Below are positions 37,033 through 48,549 of a DNA stretch of 64,000 nt, piece by piece (positions within the stretch are counted from its first letter, which is position 1; each line of letters opens with the position of its first letter). The translations under genes and the position numbers were made by a program. The notes below the pieces were generated by a model that had not been told where the DNA came from, did not search any database, and was given only the letters and a program-made list of their open reading frames with translations. The stretch comes from Chiloscyllium plagiosum (Eukaryota): contig NC_057718.1 in NCBI RefSeq assembly GCF_004010195.1, forward strand, positions 73,841,931-73,905,930, read 5' to 3'.

Positions 37033-37579
37033 CTTGTGAACCTCAGTTGACCTAACGGGGGTGCCCTATATACAGCCCATGACGCACACGTGGGCTACCA
37101 CCCCAATTCACATGACTGAATGTCTGGCTCCATTTGAAGTTCAGTTACTCGTTTTGCAGAGGGCTGCTCCTCCAGTCAGAGGTAGTTTTCTCTCCCGTGT
37201 GTGCTGTTGCAGGATTACTAGTTAGTCTGTCAGCAGCAAATGAGAGGGAGAACTGGTCTGAGTGTGGAAGATCAGCCTGAGGCCAGGAACATGATGAAGT
37301 CTGTAATAGGCCCTGGGAACAGACAGTTTTTGCTTTCATTTTCAAATCTCCAGCAACTGCAGTACTTCACAGAATCTGACTGAGGTTCAGCTTCTTGTTG
37401 GGGGCAGTCTGGACCGCGAATGCAATCAGAGCTGAAAGAGAGTTCAGGGACTGGACAAGCTTGATAGCCTGCGTGGGTCACCCCTTCTCCATTGAAAGCT
37501 CCATTGCTGCTTATCTGAGAGTTTCAGGCCAACCTGTCTGCACTCAGTCAAAGGGTGACAATTTTTGGTGGACTGCTTC

Positions 37580-38945
37580 AGAAAAGATAGTCAACATGGC
37601 TTTGTCAAGGGCAGGTCGTGTCTCTCAAATTTCATTGAGTTTTTTGAGAAGGTGACCAAGCATGTAGATGAGGGTAGGGCAGTTGACGTGGTATACTTGG
37701 ACTTCAGTAAAGCCTTTGATAAGGTTCCACGTGGTAGACTGATGGAGAAAATGTAGAGACATGGAATTGAGGGTGATTTAGCAGTTTGGATTAGAAACTG
37801 GTTTTCTGGTGGTTGATGGAAGATATTCAGTCTGGAGTCCAGTTAATAGTGGTGTGCCACAAGGATCTGTTTTGGGACCACTGCTGTTTGTCATTTTTAT
37901 AAATGACTTAGACGCAGACATAGGTGGATGGATTAGTAAATTTGCAGATGACATTGAAGTAGGTGGAGTAGTGGACAGTTTGGAAGAATGTTACAGGTTG
38001 CAGGGGGACTTGGATAAACTGCAGAATTTACCTGAGGGGTGGCAAATGGAGTTCAATGCAGCTAAATGTGAGGAGATGCACTTTGGGAAGAATAACAGGA
38101 AGGCAGAGTTCTGGGTCAGTGGAAAGATTCTTGGTAGTGTGGATGTGCAGAGGGATCTTGGAGTCCATGTACATAGATCCCTGAAAGTTGCCACCCAGGT
38201 GGATAGTGCTGTGAAGAAGGCACACGGTGCTAGGTTTCATTGGTTAGAGAGATTGAGTTCCGGAGCCGCAATATCATGCTGCAACTATACAAAATGCTGG
38301 TGCGGCCATACATGGCATATTACCAGGAGATTTATCAGGGCGTTACCTGGTGTGGAGGGAAGGTCTTATGAGGAAAGGCTGAGATGTGGGTCTGTTCTTC
38401 AAAGTTTGTGAGAAGATTTGTAGCTCAGGTGCTTGTTGTTGTGGTGCTGTTCGCCGAGCTAGGAATGGGAGTTGGTTGTCCTTTTCTTCCTCTCTAGTGA
38501 ATCTGATTCCTCTGAGTGTGGCGTTGATGATCTGGTGTGTGCCTTCTATTTCTGTGTTTTTAATGTTGGTCTGTTTTTGGGTCTGTTCTCATTGGAAAGA
38601 AGAAGGCTAAGAAGGGATTTGATAGAGACATACAAGATGATCAGAGGATTAGATAGGGTTGAAATACGTTTTCCTAAGATGGTGACGTCAGCTTGTACGA
38701 GAGGGCATAACTACAAATTGAGAGGTGATAGATTTAAGACAGCTGTCAGAGGAAAGTTCTTTATGCAGAGAGTGGTAAGGGCGTGGAATGCCCTACCTGC
38801 TAATGTAGTCAACTTAGCCACATAAGCGAGATTTGAACAATCCTTAGATAAGCACATGGATGATTTTGGGATAGTGTAGGGGGATGAGCTGAGAATATTT
38901 CACAGGTCGGTGCAACATAGAGGACTGTATTGTTCGATGTTCTGA
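37580..38945 (+). mobile_element. CR1-like LINE RT and 3' end, with PLE-terminal insertion 38399-38577
   Basis: SQHGFVKGRSCL, YLDFSKAFDKVP, SGVPQGSVLGPLLF, SKFADD; insertion flanked by tgggtctgttct (38387-38398, 38578-38589). Confidence 0.9.
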
Positions 38946-40368
38946 GATGTAAAGTTTGTACAAGTGTTTGGCTCGCATTTGGGAAAGGATTTTGCTGCCT
39001 TTAGACTCTGCGTGCTGAGGAAACTTGAAATACTCAAACTGGTGCTGTTGGTCAGGAGTGAGCTATTTTAATGAACCAAATTGCTATTAATAAATTGCGA
39101 GTAATTACAAAACTGGATTTTAAAAAAAAATCTGCAGAACCTTGTAATGATGCTCCCTGACGCATTCAGTGTTTTAGTTTAGGATCATACTGAAATTTTG
39201 TGCTCCTTTAAAAAAATCTAATCTTAAAATCTAGATGGCTTGGTTTGGAAGTATGGGTGTTCTTTTAAATTAGTTCTAAATTAGTAATGAGATTGAAGAT
39301 GGATGGTTCCTTTTTAAAACATTCTTGTCAGTTATTTTCCTAATATCTAAGATGTTGATAGCATCATAAAAAGAGGCTATTTGGCATTCACATCTCTGGA
39401 AGAACAATCTAATTCTGCTCCCCTGCAAGTTGGAGCTGTTTCTTTTGATTTCCTCTGTTTAGATATCCTCAAGATTTTGTTTCTCCATCAAAAGTGTTCT
39501 TGATTTCCTCCTTTAAGGTGAGCACCAGCTTCTCCAGTCTGTATCAGTCCATGGAACTAAAGGTTTCCTGCTCTTGGGTTCTTGAAATTCGATGCTGCAC
39601 TAATTGAGGACTAGCCAGTATCTTTCAAAGGCTCACCTACTTTGTTGGATTTGTGCTATATCATCCTATGAATATTGTTCATTGTATGTTTTTTTTATAA
39701 CATTTTCAACTTTCCTGTCTTTTGTTAACGATTTGTGCAAATATGCCTCATGTTTCTGTTCTTGCATCCTTCCTTTAGCATTGTAATCTTTATGAATTGC
39801 ATTGCCTGTCCTTCATATTTGTTTCTTACATTTCATCTATCACCTTGATCCATTTCACAAGCTTATCAACACCTGATCAGAGTGTTCTTGGTTCTGTGGG
39901 CATTTGTTTCCTTCTGGTGGTTCTTCTAGATTTCGATAGCAGGATGTTTTAAAACCTTAAGCAATGAAGAGGAGTGGGCCAATTGGCTCATCGAGCCTAC
40001 TGCACCAATCAAGTCCATGGCTGCAGCCCCTTGACTCCTTGTTGCTTAAAACTCTGCCTTGAGGTTGAGTCACTGAATATATTCAGCAGGTCTCTGGAAG
40101 GGAATTCTTAAGACTAACCACGCAGAAAAGCTGAAGTAAGTGTGCACTTAAACGAAGACTGTAGGAAATGTTGTCTTTTAACCATATCACCTATCATTCT
40201 CCTAAGCTTCAATAGGTACAAGCCAAATTAACTTTCCCTCAAAAATACCGTTCTTTTTATCACGGGACTCTTCTCTTCTTTGAACTACAGTGCAAATACG
40301 TCCCTCCTTGAGGCCATAACTTCACAACATTCCAACTAGGTCTCACTAATGCTTTGTTCAGTTTGACC

Positions 40369-40400
40369 TTGGATTATAATTGAATTCAATTATAATCCAA
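40369..40400. repeat. Perfect 32-bp palindrome
   Basis: ttggattataattgaattcaattataatccaa equals its own reverse complement. Confidence 0.95.
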
Positions 40401-40641
40401 AATATCCATGTAGTAAGGGTTGGAGTAAAGTATCCTGGTAAACTGAAAGTGATTGAACCATTGATACCAACTGAGGACTTGACTTGTCGGTAGAGAATTG
40501 TATGTGAACCTGTCATCTGCCTGTTTAAAGTTTGGCTGTTTTCTCAATTAAGCTTGGCAGGTCTGTGTTCCTTATTTTCTAGGTTTTTTGAATGAATTAT
40601 ATATGGTGGTTTTGGATGCTTGAGCCTGTTTGCTTTCTTAG

Positions 40642-40755
40642 GCCCTCTTGGAAAGAACAGGATATACACTTGATGTCACTACAGGGCAGAGGAAGTATGG
40701 TGGTCCTCCTCCACCTACGACACATTCAGGTCCTCAACCTAACATTGGTACTGAG
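40642..40755 (+). CDS. SYNCRIP: SYNCRIP exon 5
   Basis: [38 protein letters not shown]; ttag| ... |gtaag. Confidence 0.97.
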
Positions 40756-41032
40756 GTAAGCATCATTGACTCCTAAATATAGGAGAGTTCTTCAATCTTG
40801 GGGGGAGAAAAAACCATTAGTAGTGATAAACTTAAAAGTACAGCATGTGTAGACATTAACTTGTTAGGTTAACCAAGTAAGAGCATTTCAAGTGCTATCT
40901 TGATGTCAGCTTAGCCACATGTTTGTTAACCATGTGAACAGAACAGTTCTTTTGTGTTGACCATCAGTTTTCTTTAACCATGAAAACCCAGTTCCCTTTA
41001 TGAATGCTTTAACATTGATCCAATTTTACCAG

Positions 41033-41209
41033 ATATTTGTAGGCAAAATACCACGGGATCTCTTCGAAGATGAACTTGTCCCTCTGTTTGAGAAAGCTGG
41101 TCCAATATGGGATTTGCGTCTGATGATGGATCCTCTGACTGGCTTAAATCGAGGGTATGCTTTTGTGACCTTTTGCTCCAAAGAAGCAGCACAGGAAGCA
41201 GTCAAATTG
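41033..41209 (+). CDS. SYNCRIP: SYNCRIP exon 6 (RRM1)
   Basis: [59 protein letters not shown]. Confidence 0.98.
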
Positions 41210-41292
41210 GTAAGGTTCTGTGGTGCATACACATAGTATATCTATTCGCTTAAGTAGGATTCATAAACTAACTCTTTTATCAATTTTGTCAG

Positions 41293-41428
41293 TGTGATAA
41301 CCATGAAATTCGGCCTGGTAAACACATTGGTGTTTGCATTTCTGTGGCAAACAACAGACTTTTCGTTGGATCCATTCCAAAAAGCAAGACAAAGGAGCAG
41401 ATTATGGAAGAATTTGGTAAAGTTACAG
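41293..41428 (+). CDS. SYNCRIP: SYNCRIP exon 7 (RRM1/RRM2)
   Basis: CDNHEIRPGKHIGVCISVANNRLFVGSIPKSKTKEQIMEEFGKVT; follows an 83-nt intron. Confidence 0.97.
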
Positions 41429-42597
41429 GTAAAATTGCATCACTTGCCTCATCACATTATCCCAGTTGATGCATACTGCCTATTTGATAGCTACATGAAT
41501 AGGTGCAATCCAACACAATTATTGCTACTTTCCAATATGATCAAGGCAGTTAAATTGCCTGAACCTCAGATGAGTGAGATAAATTTGACATCAAATTCTA
41601 CTGTTCCAATGCACAGTTCATTTCCAAAGTATTCAGTTTTTATTGCTGACTGAAGAAGCTGAAGTCTGGTTGCACTGTGGCAAAATGTTCTCTTGAACAT
41701 TGATAAATGCCTATGTTGGTCTTAACTGTCGGTATGATATAACTGAGATTCCCTTTTATAAAAAAAAATGTATGTTTTCCTTGTAGTTGTTTCTTTGCTG
41801 TGTTCCAGGAAGATGATAAAATCCTATAGTAGGTTGATTTGGACTTCTAATTAGTCACTAATTCTGCCATCTGCCCTAATTATGCTGCTTGTCACTAGAT
41901 GTTTAGGAGACCTCCTATTGATCTTAGCCTAGGTAAGGGACTTGTGTTGATTCTTTCTCCATCTTCACACTCTGGTATAATGTGATTCTCCTTTAAATCA
42001 TGCTCCTTTGAACTTGAATTGTAATTGTCAATGATGAATGTGGGCTAAATGTTGGTGGAGCTGAAGAATCATTGCCCAGTTCATCAGATCATGATTGGAT
42101 CTTGTCCTAATCTCCCCTGATGTTTGCTTTCTGTGGCCCTATTCTCTTAAAACATTTACAGTTCTACTATGTTACTTTTGGATCGATGGTGTTACAGTGG
42201 TCTGTTGGGTTTCCTTTAGTATGAGTTCACATCAAATTTTGGGCGCATTCCGTTTGCCTTGACTGTGGACGAAAATTTGTTTCTTGCAGAGAAATGCTAA
42301 GTTTCGGCCATCCATTTTTGTTCTGTCCACTTTCATCCTCCTTTCGCACCAAACTGTAAGCAAATTGCTTCTGTAGATTCTTTTGAGGGAGAGAGGATTT
42401 TTGTGACTATTTCCCATGTATCTGGATAATGTTTTTAAAACTGAATGATCTTTCTTCCATACTTAATTTTTTTTACATAGGTGCTCATGCTTTACTGAGA
42501 GACGTACAAAAGAAACTACAGAAACTAGATAATGTATAAAAATAAACCTGTGGATTTTTTTTTTGATATGTCCTATCCTGTTAATTTATTTTGGCAG

Positions 42598-42803
42598 AGG
42601 GACTCACAGATGTGATACTGTACCACCAACCAGATGACAAGAAGAAGAATAGGGGTTTCTGTTTCTTGGAATTTGAAGATCATAAATCTGCTGCCCAGGC
42701 CAGACGCAGACTTATGAGTGGAAAAGTGAAAGTCTGGGGCAATGTTGTAACAGTGGAATGGGCAGATCCTATTGAGGATCCTGATCCAGAGGTCATGTCA
42801 AAG
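42598..42803 (+). CDS. SYNCRIP: SYNCRIP exon 8 (RRM2)
   Basis: (E)GLTDVILYHQPDDKKKNRGFCFLEFEDHKSAAQARRRLMSGKVKVWGNVVTVEWADPIEDPDPEVMSK. Confidence 0.98.
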
Positions 42804-43735
42804 GTATTTAACCTTGAACATTGTGATTAACGTGCTACATCGCATTTAAAGCAATCTGCTCGATGAATATCAATTTTTGAGGTGACAGGCTTCAAGATTC
42901 CCACTACAGTTCATTCATGGAGTCCTGCTATCGTCTCTAATAGCAGTAAAGTTTCCCTTCCTGACCTCAGGTGCTGACAGCATCTTCGTCGTCTGAATTT
43001 TGACCCAGTTCTGCTGGGCTTGCTAAATTTGGCTACTTAAACAGTCAGTTTTTTGTACTGGTTCTCAAAGTACCCACAATCTACCAAACGTATTTGTAGG
43101 ATTATAAAAAACTGCTGCCTTGATGGACGCACCTCCAACTATATTTGAGAATCTTAGCACCATCCAGGATGGAAAGATCTCTTTGATTTAGCACCTTTTC
43201 TGTTAGTCTAAACATACCATCGTTTGCAGGCTTTAATCTTCATGAAAAGAATACATGAAAGTAGCTTGTTTATTCAGTAGGATCATTCAAGCATCATCAC
43301 AAAAGGAGGTGCAGAACTGATTCCTTGAGTAGTCATCAACTACGTATCCCTCTCTGAATCCTAAATTGAAATAAGTCTCGCTATCCCTTCATTGGTTCAA
43401 AATCTCGGACTCCTTAACTAACACCATTGTGCAGTTATCTTTGCTGTATTTCGTCTATAATGTTGCAAAAAATGCAGCCGAACCATCATCTTGACGGCAC
43501 CTAGGAGTGGGTGTTGCAGATTTACCTTGGTGGTGGCAGCCAAATTCTGAAGTGAACAATTTAGAACAAAATTATAATGTGGAACTGCTAGAATTCGACA
43601 CTGCTTCCACATTGAGCTGCAACTATTTCACTGAACTGTGAACAATGTTTTTTCATTGTTGTAGTGCTGAGAATGATATTTAGAAGTTGATGCCAGTAGT
43701 TGGACATCACATTTAATTGTATTTTCTCACTGCAG

Positions 43736-43885
43736 GTAAAGGTGTTGTTTGTTCGTAACTTGGCCAGTTCAGTAACAGAAGAACTACTAGAAAAAACCTT
43801 CAGCCAGTTTGGCAAGTTGGAGCGGGTAAAGAAGCTGAAAGATTATGCATTCATTCACTTTGATGAAAGAGATGGTGCAGTTAAG
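43736..43885 (+). CDS. SYNCRIP: SYNCRIP exon 9 (RRM3)
   Basis: VKVLFVRNLASSVTEELLEKTFSQFGKLERVKKLKDYAFIHFDERDGAVK. Confidence 0.98.
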
Positions 43886-44543
43886 GTAAAAATTCTGCAG
43901 AAACATTCTGCTTTCAGATTTCAGAGTGAGATGTAACATTGCATATGTAATTTCAAGTAAATTACAAGCTTTGAGTCTGCTGTGATCTGTGATGAAAAAT
44001 TCTTTTTCATCATCTTTCGACTGATTAAGACATTGATGGATAATTAATTTGCTGAGATCATGTATAGTATGTTTTTATAGGTGGCTTTTGAGGGTATGCG
44101 AGCTGTGAAGATGGATAGGCAATCAATTGCATCCAGTTTACCAATGCACCTATTTAATTTTTTTATTCCCTTGGTACTTAGTAATTTATTTTTGAAGTGG
44201 TTACTCTTTGCACAAGTTTGTGAACAATTTGGTTAAATAAATCACATTTAAACACTGCTTGTGGATTTAGTTTTGTAGGATATTTAAAAAATCTGAATGG
44301 CATGTACTTTTGACATTAAAACCTATTCAACATCAGCTTTAGTTGATGGATGTTTCGTCATATGACATTTGGCTTGCCTGTGAATACATTTGCTGGAATT
44401 CAGTATAACCCAATTGTACAGTTTTGTATGTGGCATTCAAACTGCTGCAACCAAAGATATCCTGTAATGGTGACATTTTCTAATTGATGTACAATTAGAC
44501 TGTTTTACAGTGCAATCATTTACCTGTTTCTTCTCCATGACAG

Positions 44544-44665
44544 GCCATGGATGAAATGAATGGGAAGTATTTAGAGGGTGAAAATATTGAAATTGTTCTT
44601 GCTAAACCACCAGACAAGAAGAAAAAGGAACGGCAGGCTCAAAGACAGGCTGCTCGATCTCAACC
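44544..44665 (+). CDS. SYNCRIP: SYNCRIP exon 10
   Basis: AMDEMNGKYLEGENIEIVLAKPPDKKKKERQAQRQAARSQ(P); acag| ... |gtgagt. Confidence 0.97.
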
Positions 44666-45576
44666 GTGAGTGCATTTTACTTTTTGTGCTTATGGTTCAA
44701 ACATATATGATTTACAAAATGTAAATGATCCTTGGAGTGGTGGGGAAGAGGATTCCATTCAAGATGGTGGTGCTTTTCAGTATGAATGGATTCTGGACCA
44801 AATCTAGATTTTTGCATGGAGTTGGGTGAAGGTGGAACTCCATGAGGTTGATCCTAATGGATATTAAGTAGGTGGTGTTTCAGAAGCTCTGCGACTTTAA
44901 TAATGGTCATTTTCACAATATATCCTTCTGTATAGTCATGAAGTGTTAATGGGCCTCAAAGGTGCAGCAGTACTATCCCCTTTGTGAACCTGTTGCATTT
45001 CAGCTACTAATTATTGAAAATGGAAACTGCATGTTGAGGATTGAAACAGTTTCCTTTTGAGCCCATTATTTTGTCCTTGGTTAAGGTGTACCTTTTGTAA
45101 TAAATAAAAGGTGCTTAAAACTAGGTACATTTCTCATTTAAGATATGAAGTACAGTTGACATCTCTCCAGTTCCAACACCAAATCTCTCTAAATGAGATT
45201 GCCGTGAGCTTATTCAGCTATTATTCAAGTCTGTTATGCCATTTGGTTAGATCATCTCAAATAATTTCTTTTACTCTCCAGGACCTCTGAGTTGAGGGGT
45301 GGGAAAATATCAGCTGGTCTGAGATGATTATATCCTTTTCTTTTCAGCTATGTAGGTCCTCAGAAAGAAACGTAGTCAGGGCAAAACTAGTTTTGTTCTG
45401 GTGAATCTGCTGTATTGCTTCTCAATGTCTTTTATCTTAAGTGTGATACCTGAAACTGAATGGAATATTCCAGTAGAGTCTGAGAGATCTCTGATTTTAA
45501 ATTTGAAAAGAATTGCTTAACAGTATACCTAAATTTATGGGCTTGAGTTCAAACTATAAACTTTCTTTAATTCCAG

Positions 45577-46168
45577 GTATGAGGATTATTACTACTACCC
45601 TCCTCCTCGCATGCCCCCTCCGACAAGAGGCAGAGGACGTGGAGCCAGAGGAGGTTACAGCTATCCTCTAGATTACTATAGTTATGAAGATTATGATTAT
45701 TATTGCTATGATTACCATGATTATCGTGGAGGATATGAAGATCCATACTATGGCTATGATGATTATCAGACAACTACTAGAGGAAGAGGTGGCAGAAGTG
45801 GAAGAGGTGCCCCTCTTGCCAGGGTTCGTGGAGTTTCCCAACCACGTGGAAGATCTGGATTCACACCGCGTGGTCAAATGGCAGGGAGAGGTGCTCGTGG
45901 TGCAAGAGGGGGTGCCCAGGTGCAGCAGAGAGGCCGCGGGGTACGTGGTGTGAGGGGTGGCCGCGGTGGAAATGTAGGAGGCAAACGAAAAGCTGATGGG
46001 TACAACCAGCCAGATTCGAAGCGGCGCCAGACCAATAATCAGAACTGGGGCTCCCAACCTATTGCTCAGCAACCGCTCCAAGGTGGTGATTATTCTGGTA
46101 ACTATGGTTACAAATCTGAGAACAACCAGGAGTTTTATCAGGATACTTATGGGCAACAGTGGAAATAG
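45577..46168 (+). CDS. SYNCRIP: SYNCRIP exon 11, long form (hnRNP Q3-type C-terminus: Tyr-rich, RGG, basic NLS-like motif)
   Basis: YEDYYYYPPPRMPPPTRGRGRG...GGKRKADGYNQPDSKRRQTNNQNWGSQPIAQQPLQGGDYSGNYGYKSENNQEFYQDTYGQQWK*; internal donors after 45940 and 46082. Confidence 0.97.
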
Positions 46169-48013
46169 ACCATTAGGGGTTCAGTTAATGTGACTGATAG
46201 GTTATCCGAACTGACTTTGAAATGCAGATTAGCCTTTAATCTGATTGGCTGCCGCTTGCTAATTGGTGACATCTGGCAAGAATCCTTATTGCAGATGTGT
46301 ATATATTTTTACAAAACCATTCACTTGGGACTTCACTGCATAGTCTGCAACGATTCCACTTGACTGTGGGAAAGGCTTTATTTTGGTGTTTTTTTTGAAA
46401 TTCGGCTGTTTTGATAAAGGCATTCCATCATTCTGTTAGAAGAGGATGGACATAATTCATCATGATTTTGCCAAAAATGTTTTTAGAAATCTGGCTCATA
46501 ACTAAACATAATCTCATATTTGGCTTTTGTGTATGTACATTACTGGTAGTTCTGTTTCCGTGGCTTTTAAAGTTAATGCGTAATTTGCAAAATTAGCTTG
46601 TTGCTTTTTTCCAGAATTTCTTGTATTTGAAGTAACTGAAGAAGCTGTATGTTACTAACTTGCATTACCAAGAGTGGGCAAGTTAAATAAATTTGTTTGT
46701 TGTTGACTGATATTTCAAAATTACTACCAGTTATTTAGTTTGGCTATTCCAGAAGTGACACTTTGTCAAGTTCATTCTTGTATTCTCTATCTACTGTCAA
46801 TGTCTATTTCAATAAAATTTCAAAATTCTACCAAACCACATGAATTTTAACTAAATTCCATTTTGTTGCATAAATTTTCCTTTTGACAAATTTTTTCCAA
46901 CCTTGCAAAAAAGTTATCCAAATTTTCCAAAGAATTCATAATGGAAAACCTTGGTCAGAATGGTTGAATTACAGAATGAAAGACTTAGGCGTGTGTTCAT
47001 GTCTGCATGATTTAGGTAATTGAACAGACAGCTTATATTTATGAATGATAATTAAAAGTGAGACATTAGCTTGTTTAAAAACAAAATCCAAGAGTGAATT
47101 CCCCAACCCCCTGGTCTCTCTTCTGCAAGGCTTCCAGTTTCCTTGCAATGTAGTTTAGTTTAGGTTGATTTAACAATGATTGAACATTCAGGTTTCTGTC
47201 TCACTTGCTGCATTGCTGTTTTGGGTTCTTTAACCTGAATCTAATATGCACCGCTGTCTGTGCCATGAAAGTACTCTGGGGATAAAACCATAATATTTTA
47301 ATTTAATAAAGATCTTTGTGATTTTTTTTATTATTAATTTAATTGGTGCTAATGTTTCTTCATAAGGATAAAGTTATGAAAAAAAGCTCCAAAATGCATT
47401 TCTAAATCTCCAATCATAAATTAACAGCCTATAATTTTCAGCACTAAATGCTGTCCATTGTTTGCTTAATTTCTAAAATGCTTATTTGCCTAATGAAATT
47501 ATTGAAGTTTGTTTAACTGAATTGCTCAAACATGTCACTTTGATTCTAAATTCTGATGATAGTAGGAGTGTACCATTTCTTAGCTCAATCCTAAATGAAC
47601 TGCAGTGCTAATTAATTTTGCACATAATTTGTGTTTTAAAATTCATTTGAATAAAATTCTGCTTCAAATTGTTCTTGTTGCTTTAAACTATCAATTACAT
47701 TGCATACATTGAATGCTACGGGTTTTATGTCCATTGCTGTAAGTAAATTCTGTTGAAAAATGACTAGGTATTTTTAATAAATTGGAACCTAATTAAGTTA
47801 AATGATACACTCCTTGGTTTTAAGTTGCACTCAAATGTAATTGCTTGATTTGTCGTATTAAATTTTGATCCTGAAATGCAGGAAAATTTAATCTTTGCAT
47901 TAATAGGAGCAATGTGCTTTAAAAACAGTGCCATGTGTCAGCCTTTTTTCTCTTTCTAAAATGGGTTTAGTATTGGATCCTAATTTAATGGCTTCCTTTT
48001 GTTGCCTGGCTAG

Positions 48014-48052
48014 CAGGAAAACGAGGTCGAGGCCGGTCCTGACCTGTTTTGA
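48014..48052 (+). CDS. SYNCRIP: SYNCRIP alternative terminal exon (hnRNP Q1-type end (Q)ENEVEAGPDLF*; alternative frame (A)GKRGRGRS*)
   Basis: Branch-like cctaat (47979-47984), pyrimidine tract, TAG-CAG tandem acceptor (48011-48016); VEAGPDL matches the recalled hnRNP Q1 C-terminus. Confidence 0.85.
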   Translation, partial: QENEVEAGPDLF

Positions 48053-48391
48053 TGACGACTGACTTACTATGTGGAGGTTACACTGGAAGCTGCTAATGGA
48101 GATGATGGTAAGATTCCAGACCATGACGCCAAATGGAGAGCGGGAACAGCCAAGGAAATGAAGAGCTTCAAATCTAAACATATATGGACTATAATTTTTA
48201 AATTTTGTATAGCCAATGTACCTTTTTGTAATGTACAGAGGTAGTGGTGGGTGATGACGTTGGAAGTTTGAGAAGCAATTTCATAATGTTCATAGGATTC
48301 ACATGATGCCAGACTGCTCAGAAGACTTAAAACTGTGCACAATCATATTCGAGCTCAACTGATTGTAGTACTATATTGTTATTGCTCATCA

Positions 48392-48549
48392 CTACCTCAA
48401 ACATTCTGTAAGTCATTATTCTGAAGAAGCGAACTACTTGCAGATGGAAGTGTAATCGCCAAACTATCAGGTAGTCGAGCATTCCAGAAAAATGGTTCTT
48501 TTCTGAACCCATCTTTTTTTTTTAAAGAAAGGGTTGGTTGACTACCTCA
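48392..48549 (+). promoter_or_regulatory. Two let-7 8-mer target sites in distal 3' UTR
   Basis: CTACCTCA at 48392-48399 and 48542-48549. Confidence 0.6.

Noticed and set aside
27460..38945. Inverted CR1 pairs driving circularisation of exons 3-4
   Set aside because: The copies look like different, diverged subfamilies; pairing strength cannot be judged by eye
42031..42120. Box C/D snoRNA-like pattern (ATGATGA...CTGA...CTGA) in intron 7
   Set aside because: No terminal stem or recognisable rRNA/snRNA guide; the interior resembles a decayed CR1 3' tail
43990..44012. 10-bp hairpin tgatgaaaaa-ttc-tttttcatca in intron 9
   Set aside because: Low-complexity, AT-rich and short; compatible with chance
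44081..44093. Possible 13-nt poison micro-exon (tttttatag|...AGG|gtatgc)
   Set aside because: Signals are only moderate and cannot be supported without RNA-seq or conservation
43731..45582. CAG|GT recursive-splice-like junctions at the starts of exons 9 and 11
   Set aside because: Explained by coding constraint (VK, P-Y codons); the introns are short (<1 kb), unlike recursive introns
45668..46156. 162-aa antisense ORF over exon 11
   Set aside because: Shadow of the low-complexity Tyr/RGG codons on the + strand
25240..46168. Assignment of the gene as HNRNPR
   Set aside because: MATEH N-terminus, VEAGPDL alternative exon, 623-aa length and SNX14 neighbour all indicate SYNCRIP
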